Shown here in pieces: positions 1-12,100 of a stretch of 64,000 bases of DNA. The DNA is taken from positions 868,001 to 932,000 of the forward strand of contig BCGN01000008.1 of the NCBI GenBank assembly GCA_001599295.1, written 5' to 3'. Source of the DNA: Sporopachydermia quercuum (Eukaryota). Numbering within the stretch: position 1 is the stretch's first letter; the number at the start of each line of letters is the position of its first letter. The translations under genes and the position numbers were made by a program. The notes beneath the pieces are model-generated. The model made no database searches. It saw only the letters and a list, made by a program, of their open reading frames with translations, and was not told the DNA's origin.

Positions 1-416
1 ATTCCGTCTTTGAAGTTGAGGAATGCTGGACGTATGAATGTTAGAACAGAGCGAGAAGAGGCTATTGAAAGAACACGAATAAACACGGAAGCCTCCGGCT
101 TGCTGAAAATAATCAATTAACAACTTCACTATTCTTCCACTTGAAAGGCATTTCAAAATGGACGCAAAACAGTTCCGGTGCATTAGTGTAATGCCGTTCA
201 TACCTCCTCATTACATAACGAAATATATATAAGAGTAAAGAGCATAGTATATTATATGGTTAAGTTATGGATAATTGATGATCTAGGTAAGACAATAAGA
301 AACAAAACGCACTATTCACATTTGTCAACAAAACATAATTACAAAATATAGAGAAATAGATAAACAATCAGCTCGTCATTTGTTCCGAAATACCATCAAA
401 TACGTTTAACCTCAAC

Positions 417-2164
417 TTATCGGTATCGCCTAAGTAACAATTGATACAGCCAGCTTTTCAAGTTACCTGACCGTATTATATTCTCAGCAATAAATCCAAG
501 TGCTAGAACAGAGCATCCTAAACTCATTGTAAACACTAATGAATAACAATTATGGCCAATGATACACGCGTGAATCTCCTTGCCATCTTCTTTTGTTATG
601 GTTTGAATATGTGAATCAAAAACTACGCCAAACAGGATATTAAAACTATATGAAGTTAAAATAGGTGCCATTGCAGTGAAACCATACGTTTGAGCAAAAT
701 TCTTCAGTCCAAATGTATCAGCTATAATTGATGGGAACAATCCATAACAGAACCCATAAGCTAAACCTGTTGCTGACGATAGTATCCATAAACTATCAAT
801 ATGGCTTATTAACATACCGAACATTTGATTTAGAACTGTTAAAACCCCTGGAACTAACAGAATATAATTCCTTGATAGTTTCAGTTTTGCATCAACATAA
901 TCAGATAAAACACCAGCAGCAATTCTCCCTGAAAAACTTGCTATTGATATAAGTGCAACGTGATACTGTTGAATTTGCTGCACCTTTGGCTCATCCAGAT
1001 TCAAGCTGAATGTCAATGCCCTTATTATATATCCACAAGAGTAAATATATAATTGGCCAACACCAGAAAGAAGTCCCAATATAATAAAACAAGACCAGAA
1101 GGCAAAATGTTTCAATAATCTAATTCCTGCTGCTTCATGTAATTCATTGCTTAGTTTTTCCATTATCAGTTTAGGAGATGTAACCACTGGAGATAAAACA
1201 TCATTAGTCCGGCCAATACCAGGTTCAGCAACAAAGGGTGCAACTTCATTCAACATAGCACTTCCAAGTTTTGGACTGAAATATGCGTTACTACTTCTTG
1301 GGTCTGAAATATCATCATCTGCTTTCAATTTAGGTGTAGATACTCCAGAGCCTAATAAATGTAATTCAATATCTGATCCTCTGGAATTAAGAGCTGTATC
1401 TAATCTAAGATTTGCAGACCCTAATCTTTCCTTCAATTCGTCTTCTAATGATTCTCTATTCTTACCAGCTTGTGGTAAAGGATTATAAGCGATACTAGAA
1501 ACTGTGGCTGATGTTGTCATGAAAGGCAATGACAAAACACTGAAAATAATTGATGAAACTATCAGTAAAACTAATAAGTGTTCAGTACTGCCTGGAAAAG
1601 CCAAAGATGCAATAAACGAGTAAAACGAAGCTGAAAGGCCAAATGCCGACACTGGCATAGCAGAAGCTAATGCTTTTTGTCTTGGGAAATTAACGGTACA
1701 GCATTTGATAGCTGCAGTGACTCCTAATTGACTACCAATCCCAACCAGTGATAAAGACAATGCAACAACCAAAAAATGACCCGTGGCCTTAACGTATGCC
1801 AACCATATAAAATAATATCCTAACGCNTTGATTAACCCACAAAATAATACTGGTAAGAAAAATCCTTTCTTATCAACAAAGTAGCCAGCAATAGGTCCAA
1901 CCAGCGACATTCCTAATGAGCCAATTAATATAATTGATGATGTTTCTGTAGTTGTAAAATTCAATCTAGTAGCTAATTGAGTACTATAAGCTGAAAACAT
2001 ATACATAGTTCCGCTTATAAGGCCTGATTTACTGTTAGTATTGTGTTAGGCCATATTTTTCTTATTTAGGAATCGATCCAATATTATGAACACATACCTA
2101 TTCCAAAGCATGAAGCTAATAAAAACGCTTTACGGACGTTTGGTGATAGAAAAATGACCGTCAT
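417..2164 (-). CDS. MFS transporter, Mch1/nodulin-like family (2 exons)
   Basis: Multi-TM protein with a central hydrophilic loop. Exon 1 is 2164-2098 (MTVIFLSPNVRKAFLLASCFGI). Intron 2097-2024 reads GTATGT...TACTAAC...CAG. Exon 2 (2023-417) joins in frame to give GLISGTMYMFSAYS. Motifs 'YMFSAYS..L', 'PVSAFGLSA' and 'SFSGRIAAGVLSD' are typical of Mch1-like proteins. Confidence 0.8.
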
Positions 2165-3892
2165 TATTATAATCAGTTAGGTGATATTTGTAATCTTAGC
2201 CTTTTGCTGTGTGTTTTCTTTAACAGTAACTGCGTTGAATCCTTATCTGGTTCACCCAATTCATAGTACGTCTTATCGTTTCAAATATCATATCAGCTCA
2301 AACGAGTGACTATTAATAGAATGCATAATAATATGACACGATATGATAGAAGAGAGTCAGGAAAAAAATGTAAAGATTATTCTCTAAACTTGTGCTGCAT
2401 ATACATAAGTTTTCCTGGGCTTTAATGCTCTCTTCAACTCTTCAGAGTAACAAATACACCACTGCTGACTTGGTCCACCTAGCATGTATTTCAATGCAAT
2501 CAGAAGCAAAGCCAACAAATAATAAACAGTAGCTACTTTTTCTTGTTCCTCTGTATCCAAATCCAATTTCCTGTTCTATCAAATTGAAACTGAATACAAA
2601 CTTGCCCCTATTTCTGTCGATATATCTTATGTTTATAACCCATTCACGTATATGTTCTCAATCTCTTACACGGTACGGAGCAGTGGTCAATTAAGTAACT
2701 AAACGTCAGTTAACTAGATCAAAAACTGCAGTTACTTACAAACAATGGAGAACCAGAATAGAATAAAAACAATAAAAATTATTTTCTTCAGACGTTATGA
2801 TTGATCCAACAGGCCTCTTGTCTTCATTGATGTTACATTCAGTCCTCAGATAGTTGATCAACATTGAGTTCTCTTTTATCGAAAACTCTGACTTCAGGAT
2901 GAATATCAGACTTGAAAGAAATAACGTTTGGCGTTTAAGTTACGACTAGATGCATAAATATGTATAATATATGCCAGGGCACAAAGTTAAATAACGTGCA
3001 TGATTGTACATGGATGATGAAAAGTCGAATGCTCGTGGCTGTAACTCAATAGTAAAAGAAAGAATAATGTTGAATAACGATAACAGAACTCGTGAATTAA
3101 ATAAGGTGCAAACATCGTTCTTGAGAATTTTAATCTCATACACTTTATAAAGAGCTTGCATTGTAACCAATGCTAAGACAGAACTTCTTCCTGGTATTAA
3201 AATGCGTACAAGCAGCTGAGCTGGGAAAGTGGTTGAAGGCAAAGTCCAGCAGAAAAATTGTTACCTATCAACTAAACAACTAATATCCCCAGAGTTTAGT
3301 CCCTAAAAGGTATAAAACTCATTTTCCCTAACAAAAGCTCCATACTATACTATTCACCAATGAATCGAATTTACTAGCTTCAATTCAATTGAAGTTATAG
3401 TTATTCCTCTGCATATGCCTCACATGGAAGTAAACTCTATTTCAATACCCAATGAGTATCTTATCGTATGACTGGATCTACTGTATTCTTACAGATCGAT
3501 CTTTCAAGGCCAAACAACGACACTTCAGTCACTCTTTCTAAGTACAGCATTGCTCATTAATTTTCTTTCTATTGCTCAATTGGATATCTTTCTCTCGAAT
3601 TGAACGTTTTACCTTCTTATTCAGNTGNTCAGCCATCTAAATTGATAAGATAGGTAATTTAAGTTGGGCTACACCTTAACTTAAATGTACATCTTAACCT
3701 AAAACACTTAACGTCTCCTCTTGGAGATTTTTCGCATTTTTAGCCGATAAATCTAATGATTTGTATTTGTGTTTCCTGTCACAATTTAACTACAACTCTT
3801 CCGTCCCTGTCTCGGCTGTTTACTAAAAAAGTAGATATGTTAACATTTTGTAACCCACTATATTCCGATTTAATTACTATACACAGCTTGAC

Positions 3893-5230
3893 ATGTCATT
3901 AGTTCGGCGCTGGGCTGTTCCGAAATTTGAAATACATCGGAATCTTGTTCCGCTGCTAAGATATTCAACTTCAAGATCGTTCAGCTCTTCCGAAGCTCCC
4001 AATCCTGCCGAATTGCCTGAAAGTTTGAGAATTGCTTTTTTTGGTTCCGACAATTTCAGTATCACAAACCTTGAGGCACTAGCGAACCTTAAGGCTGACA
4101 ATCCCTCTCTGATTTCCCAACTAGACGTAATAACCCGACCTGCTAAGTATGGTGGAAGGTATCGGCAATATCTAATTGAACCGCCAATAGCGGAGGCGGC
4201 CCAAGAGCTCAACCTTAATCTGATTAGAGCCGATACTACAGAGGAAATAGTCAATCTTGGATCTCTCGGTTATAATATGGTCATTGCCGTTTCCTATGGT
4301 AACCTGATCCCTCAGGAACTACTTCTAGCCACAAAATTCGGAGGTCTGAATGTTCATCCGTCCTTGCTTCCGAAACATTCAGGGGCGGCTCCTTTGCAAC
4401 ATGCGATTCTCTCTGGTGATGAGTTTTCGGGTGTTACGGTACAAACTTTACATCCGACAAAATTCGACCGAGGAGAGATCATTCTGCAGTCGGAAGAAGT
4501 TCCAATAGCAACCGACGAAACATTCGTTTCACTACGAGCCAAATTAGCCGACGTCGGAAGCAAACTACTCAAAAGGGTAATCTCGGAACGATTATTTCTC
4601 CCGGAAACCTACCATGATCTGCACCGGAAGAAAACCTATCCTTTTACAAAGGCTAATAAAATAACAACTGAAATGAGAGAGCTACTTTGGGACACGGAAT
4701 CATCGGAAATGATCGATCGAAGATTTAGAACCCTCGGCCCGCTTTACACCTTCATTGACACTACTAACCCGAAGGCAAAACGGAAACATGTGAGATATTT
4801 ACAGTCACTGGATGCAACTGGTTCCGCTTCTGACTCCAGCTACAGCTCCGGTTCCGATTCCGATTCCGACTCAAAGACGAGAGAAATCCACACCTCTAAA
4901 CGGCAGCATCCGGCTGATTTAGTTAAAATACCGATTTTGCCTATCGAGAAGAAGAGGGTGATTATAGAAGAGTTATCGCTTACTCCGCCGAATGGGAAAG
5001 CTGATACATTGCCTAACCCAGAAATTGGTTCCGGCGCTTTCCGATATTCGGAAGCTTCAGGATCATTTGTTCTCACATGTGGTGGAGATGGAAAACCTAT
5101 TTATATAACCTCGATTAAGCTACAAGGATTTTCTTCAGAATCACCGCAAAAATTTCTCAATTCGTTTAACAAGCGAGGTGTTGTAGCCGCGAAGTTCACC
5201 CGAGCCGATGACCCATCTGCTTCTAAATAA
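3893..5230 (+). CDS. FMT1: Mitochondrial methionyl-tRNA formyltransferase
   Basis: Arg/Ser-rich presequence and formyltransferase motifs RIAFFGSDNFS, AVSYGNLIP, LNVHPSLLPKHSGAAPLQHAILSGD and FDRGEII. Carries a Ser/Asp insertion built from TCCGAT units at about 4847-4873. Confidence 0.93.
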   Translation: MSLVRRWAVPKFEIHRNLVPLLRYSTSRSFSSSEAPNPAELPESLRIAFFGSDNFSITNLEALANLKADNPSLISQLDVITRPAKYGGRYRQYLIEPPIAEAAQELNLNLIRADTTEEIVNLGSLGYNMVIAVSYGNLIPQELLLATKFGGLNVHPSLLPKHSGAAPLQHAILSGDEFSGVTVQTLHPTKFDRGEIILQSEEVPIATDETFVSLRAKLADVGSKLLKRVISERLFLPETYHDLHRKKTYPFTKANKITTEMRELLWDTESSEMIDRRFRTLGPLYTFIDTTNPKAKRKHVRYLQSLDATGSASDSSYSSGSDSDSDSKTREIHTSKRQHPADLVKIPILPIEKKRVIIEELSLTPPNGKADTLPNPEIGSGAFRYSEASGSFVLTCGGDGKPIYITSIKLQGFSSESPQKFLNSFNKRGVVAAKFTRADDPSASK

Positions 5231-6198
5231 AGACGATCATACACCATTTACTGTACATAGTGATTAAATTTACAAAATAGGATGATTTATACTTAAATTC
5301 GGTAGACCAATGGACCAGTGGCCGCTAAGTGTGCAAAAAATGATATACTTAAGTCTGAACTGGGCAATAGAATCTCTACTTTGGGACATTGTTTAGTTAT
5401 CTGTCCGAAGGTGGTCCTCAGATCTAAATCCCTTTTTTTGTAACTCAACTCGGTTTTATTTCCTTTCCTAGTAGTATTTGTCCGGTCAGTCCAATATATT
5501 AACCCCACTCAGCACAAATATTGGTAAGCATCAATTAATCAATAGACTGTTAATCCTTCGTTTTGGTTCTGAAATTTTCCATTTCCAAGTTCCAGATCCT
5601 AATTGTGACTTCCGAACAAGTAGGGCGGTACCTCGTTTGTAACCACGTTGGTAACAATTGGGAAATTGGTCCCAAATCAAAGACAGAATTACGTTAATAG
5701 TCCAGAACCGGAAATCATACCTCCCGGGGAACAGCAAAAACTGGAAATTATATGTTGCAGTCAGTTCCGAAAATTTTATTTTCTATTAGATTTACCGAAA
5801 TATCGGTCTAATTTCCTACCAAGTTCTTTGTGTGCTAAATATAATAAATAAATTCATCTATTAAACATTAAATCTCATTTTAATCAGAGTTTTGCTAACT
5901 ATTCGCTTTTTCCGTATTAAGTGGATATTAATTACTTCCGAAATGTATGAGTTTTCAAAAACACACTAACGAAGCTACCGAGATCTTCCGAAAATGCAAA
6001 ATGATCCGAAAAAATCATAAATTTTATAGTATAGTTATGTCCCGTTTCTAGACAACCTTCTTGGTTTTGGTTGTCATTCGGGAAATATTGGAAGCTAATT
6101 GTGGGCAGAAAATCAAAGGTACAGAACAACCGACTCTTTTAAGCTACTTGGAATCCTTTTGGTACATTTCGGAACACTTTGCAGCATCAGACGCTTCT

Positions 6199-9100
6199 CT
6201 ATACTACTGGCAACTGGAACTTCCGATTGTACTCCCGAACAGCTACTCCAATCTTATTGTACAAAAACAATCTTCCCGAAACATCGGGAATCGGAATGAA
6301 AGGTCCCGCTTTACCTCCCTTCAACTTTAATCCTATTCCGGTAGCTTCCTGACTGATTTCGGCAATAGAATCAAACTTTATAATCCATCTAGTCTCCAAT
6401 TTGTAAATACTAATCAACATTATGCCCGTAAAGGTAACTATAACCGCTAGTTCATCTCCGGGTAAATTAATATGCGCTAAATATTTCTCTTTAAAGTAAA
6501 AGCCTTCATCTACCGATTTAAGCCAAAACTGTCCTTGTGCTTCTCGTACCGAATATGGTTTTAGTAGTCCNTCCACGGGAATATATCTGGGCAATCTTAC
6601 CTTTTCGATCATATTCGGATCAAATACCGAGGTTGTGTTCCGAAGTCCAGCACTAATGTTCCCAGCAAGGTCAAATACGCCAATTGCCGTTTTAGTAGGC
6701 AACCCAACTAGGCCTTTTCCTAACCCTTTAAAGAACCCGGCTGCTCCTTCCTGCTTAGCTCCTTTAAGCGGGGCCATCGCTAATCCGTTAATTCCGCTGG
6801 AAATTCCGTCGAAAAAGGAAGTGGCCCCAACAGTAAATCCGTAAATGGCATGACTCGGCTTATTTCGGTTCATATTTAACCTTCTTTTGTCCTGAAAATC
6901 TTTATCCATAGTTGCCACGGTTAAGCCTTTGGACATGCTTCCGCTGAATCGAGCAAAACTGTCCGAGAAGCCGAAAACCGACTTCTTTAAGAAACTAATT
7001 CCACCTTTGGCTAATAATAAACCTACTTCTTGAGGTCGGTCATTTAGTATGTAACCTTGGTAAGGTTGGTAGAACAAATCCATAACTCCGGATGAAATGT
7101 TGTTGATAAGACCAATGGGATTGCCTAAAATGTCGGCCGAACCGAGGATTTTATGCGTTTGGTAAATAATGTCTTGCATATAGCGTTGTTTCATAGCCGC
7201 AAGTAGTAAAGGAAGCGAGGCTTTAAGGTTTCGGCGATAGAAACAGTTTAGCCTTATTGGAGCATTATTAACGTTTCCGATCGCCATTGTTAAGATATTG
7301 AACACGAACATGCTGGCGGACTGTTTAGGAGACTTAGCAGAGGTTTCGGTATCGATTCGTTCCGTGCGGACAAACGTTAAATTGAATTGAGCGGGATGTA
7401 AATATAGTGTCTCAAAATAAACTTCCGAACCTTCTCCAACATTGCCCGGTTCGGGAACTTTGACCATGTCTTCGCACAACTCTATTTCGCCATCGGGGAC
7501 CTCACTTGNCAACCCAAGTAACTCCACAAACTCCATTAACCCAAACAGGAAATCCTCATCCAACTCTATCGACACCTCCTGCAATAGCAGCGTGGCTAAT
7601 TGTACTACCGTCACATCATTCGCCACATCCTTCACCATAGTAACCATTGCCGAGATTGTCGGATGCGCCTCCATTTCTCGGCTTGTTTTCGGAACAACCG
7701 AAGGGTACAAAAGAATAGGACAAACGCCACCGAATAATTGATTGTCGATTTGCATCCATTTAAGCTTCAAGGTTAGCTTTTGATAGAGCTCCGAGTCTCG
7801 GAAGTGAAACTCTAATCCTCGGAAGGTGAAATAGCACAATTCCTGTTGTCTCTGTGTCACAACAGAAATGCCGATTCCTTCAAACCGAACGTTTAAAGTT
7901 AAGTTTGCTTTGTCGTCATTGTTGTTGGTTACTGCCACAGAAGCGGATATCATATCGGGAGTCCCCGTTCCCGTGCCGGATCCATTATAATCTCCGGAAT
8001 TTAAGCTTGTGGTTGATGAGCCCACTTGTGATTGTGTAAGCCTGAACAAGCTTCCTATTCCGGGCTCTGATTCGTCCGCTTCGGTAATTACAAGCGATTG
8101 CGTTGGTCCGTCTGCAACTACGGCTATTTCTATAGTAACTGCGGGAGAGTCGGGTGTTCCCGGAAGCAATAGGGGCCTCACTGTTCCGATTCTTTCTAAG
8201 AAGACTCTTCTGGCTCTACCCCGCGCTACAATTGTGATTTCTTTCTGCTCGACTGCTGGGTAATCCCAGGCATACTGCATAGTAGAACGGCTATTCAGTC
8301 GGAAGTAAACTGGTTTCATCCGGGCTTTTCCGAGCCTCTCCGCTTCGGCTTCTGCTTCGGACCCAATTTCAACTTCTGTTTCCGTTTCAGGAATTGATTG
8401 GTAAAACGTGAAATCAACGTTTGTGAAGTTTCTTACTGCAAACGGCCATTTACCAGCAGCATCGTCAACATGTAGAAATAAAGTTGGCCCTTCGGAGAAA
8501 ACCGTTAACTTTAACAACGTATAACCCTTCCGTTGCCGCAATAACTTTAAGTAGGTCACTCCTTCTTCCGAAATAGGAAATCCTGCCGACCATACTCCGT
8601 CTGAACCGGGTAATTTAGCCGAAATCAATTTCCGGATTCCCCTAGTTAGGAAATATATCGGAAGTAAACCTCCCGGAGCTAATTCAACCGCTTGTCCCGA
8701 ACCTGATTCCATTATTAGCAATGATTCTCTTATATTACTCTTTATAGCATATCTCGGCGTGATTCTAACCAAGCGAACCTTCCCGTATTTACCCAAGCCG
8801 TCTTCGGCTTGGATACCCAAATAAAGTGCACGGTCTCGGGTCTTTTCGGGCAACGCAATTTCAAACGAGTTACCCGTCATTTCAAAGGTAATTTCGCGGG
8901 ATGAACAACCAGGGATTTGCAACAACAAGGGGCGAGGATTCCCTTCTGGGAAGGAAAACAACAATGGTTTGGATTCTGTACCCGCTACAGTCGAAATTGC
9001 TGAGTTATTCCCGTCATGTATCCGCAATAATTTCCCTGTTTGGTTAAGAATCACGTAATCGGACCGGATAGAGATTTTTGTGCCCTTTTCGGCATAACTT

Positions 9101-12100
9101 AAGCTTAGCCGGAGCTTTTGTCCGTCTTCTCGGCGTACAAATAAAGAATTGGCTCTATTCTCGGAACCGGGGCGGCCTGGAGTGTGAATTAAAGCCGGTT
9201 CCGACTGCCGAGAATAGCCTTCCGCCTGGATTTCGGCTATAATGCCTAATGAGGTTGATCTATCAGCAGCATATACGGCGCTAGTCTCCCCTTTAGGTAA
9301 GAAATGCCGGGTGATCTCGGAGCCGTTCTTCCCAACTAGGCTATATGCTATTGCATATGGTAATAAATTTTCTATTTGTAACGGAGGGCGAATTTCTAGA
9401 CTGCAGTGCGGATAAATCCGTGCCAAGGGATCCTCAGTATTAACAATAGCAAGCGCTTGGAAAAACACTGAATTTTGATCCGCAAAACTCCGACACCGGA
9501 TAGAATAAGACTTGTCCATAACCTCCCGCCATCGAATAATATCTCGCGACCATTCATACCCGGTTTGTCCCGGAGGTTTAACCACAATGCCATGGTTATA
9601 TGTGTATTGAATCGGAATAGCTCGGAATCCTCCCACCGGAACTTCCCAACTCCATTCCGGCTTCCATGTGTGGTCCCGGATTTCTGTCCCGTCAACTGCT
9701 CCGATTTCTACCGCCATATCCGTTCGATTCTCGACCTTAATTGCCCCTCGTAGAAGAATCCGTTTCACACTATGCTGTAACAGCTCCGTTTCGGCAATCA
9801 ACCGCTGGAAAACCCCGGAAGTCTTTGGCATCAAAACATACACCTCTTCCCCCTCCAAAGTTACGGAAATTCCGAGCACAGGTTCAAAAGGGGAATTCAA
9901 TAGCCGAAGCCCTAACACCCCACCTTGAGTATCAACGGATAAGTTCTCCCGCACTGTCCGCCAATCCTCAAAAGCCCACGGAATGGATTCTCCGTCTTGA
10001 AGGACCTTTTTTCGAGGTTTCAAATAAGGTTCTGACCCAATATGCCCACTCCTGTCCCTTCCGGAGCTTTCGTCAACCCAAATCTCAATTGGGTAGCCTG
10101 TTTGGTTCACAACTTCATAAGGAGCCATTTCTCCTCGGTCTTTTCCGAAAACATCCGAATCCGACTGCAGAAACTCCGAAACATGTGAAAATAGGGCGAT
10201 ACTCTGGTCAGTGACGGATACTTCCACTAGTTTACCGGAGATGATGTCCACAACCAGATTTCTTCCGTTTTTCCCTCCCGCGGGACGAGTCACGTGGATT
10301 CCAAGATCCCAGGGCTCCACCATCGGCTCCCATCCTGATTTGGAGTAGTTAAACACGTTAATATACGACGTGATTGTGGTGTCGGCATCTAGGTCCGCGG
10401 ACCAGTTTTTGGTCGAGATCGTGAATGGCTCTATGCCGAAATCTAATACGGGTAACTCATGCACGGCTCCAATGAAAACTATGCGGAGGCCTTCAATATC
10501 GGCGTTTAAAGTTTCGCCTCGGATAATAACGGGATTGTTTTCTGCTGCAGCAAGAACTCCCGATGCCTTGGTGGAGCTTGTGGACATTGTAGAGATTGAG
10601 TTTGCGTATTGTTTGAGTCGAGATTTGAACTCCTTAGAGAAATCAGCCACAAGACCGGCGGCTTCCGCTGGGTCGTCTCCAGAACCTGACCTATTGCCTC
10701 CCGATTGTGAATATTTACCCTGACCCGCAGTAATCGCCGAACTTGTAGTATTTACCGTTTTCGATGCTTGGGAGAATACAGTTAACGCTAAATGGATGTC
10801 CCGCAATGAAACTCGGAACAACATCGGCTCAACAGAGATCTGGATCCGTGTTAAAAGCTTATTTGGGTCTGGAGACCGTTCATCGACAGAAACACTTAAA
10901 GAAAAGTCGTCTAAAAACCTAAGGCGAGCCTCTTCTCGGTTCATCCGAAGTAAATACATGCCGAGGTTATTCGCTTGTAAGGTTAAAGTTTCGTGGTAGG
11001 ACAAAAGCAGTTGTTCTAGTTTCAGGACAACGGCTTCTGATTCGGAATTCGTCGGGTCGGCAATAAGAAACACCGAAGATTCCACGATATTTACTGAAAA
11101 TGACGTTTTAGGTCCGGGATTGCCCGAGTTTTCTTCCGGATTGTAATTAGCCGTGACAATACCCATTGAATCTTTGGTATTATTTCCTGTTTCCCGATTA
11201 CTATCTTCTCCGAAATCATCTTTTCCAGTTCCGTAATCCTCCTCTCCTTCGTCTTCATCCATCTCTTCCGNTATCACTAGCCGCTCTCCGGCATGAATGC
11301 CGTTGTCGTAGAACTTCTGCAACAAAAACAAATAATCTAATGACATGATTACTTCCGGACTATCAACCGAAATCATATAAACGGTATGACGAGTTTCCGG
11401 TTCTCCCGAAGAGAAACCGGAAACGATAAACTGGTATTCGTCTTGACTACTTGATGGGATGATTTCTGTAAATTGGCTTTCAGTGTTTTTTCGAACGTCT
11501 TTAACAGTGAATGATTTTGTATGGATATCTGCTTTGAAGTTGCCGTCGGATGTTTGTTTGAACCGAGCTCCGATTCCGTTCAATGAGAAAGTTGTTAATT
11601 GGCAACCTTCAACCGAAATTTTATCGGCAGTGTCAATAAGCAGGGTAAGGGCGAGTTTCTGAAGAGTGAACTGTAGCTCGAATGCCGAGGGAGACGGGGA
11701 GGGAGGGGTCGAAACTGGAACCGGAACCGAAGTGGAAGTGGAAGTGGAATTAATGGGATCTGAATTCGATATTGTTTGCGATTGGTCTTTAACAATCAAT
11801 TCCATATTCCCTCCGTTAGTGTTTCTCCTTTCGGCTCCAGTTTCCACACTATCTCCTATGCTCGAAACATCTTCAGTTTCACCTCCTATTCCGGAAAACA
11901 CCTCGGGAATATGTTTCACAATCTCCATAATCAGCGCCAGTTGTAAATCAGATAGCCGAACTTCAACATCCGCCATTCGGCTAATCACCACAATCGCAGG
12001 GCGATCTTTGGCATTGTCCACTATGGAAATATCAAAGCCGAGATCCAATCGGTCTAGAATTTCCAGCTTTTGCACCTCAAAGTTACCGAGATGGAAAACG

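Noticed and set aside
1..120. Open frame IPSLKLRNAGRMNVRTEREEAIERTRINTEASGLLKIIN* at the window start
   Set aside because: It may be the 3' end of a gene, but it is too short and has no recognisable motif.
2384..2870. Possible two-exon minus-strand ORF (donor GTAAGT about 2739, joining the 2384-2566 ORF in frame)
   Set aside because: No branch-site motif near the acceptor and no recognisable product.
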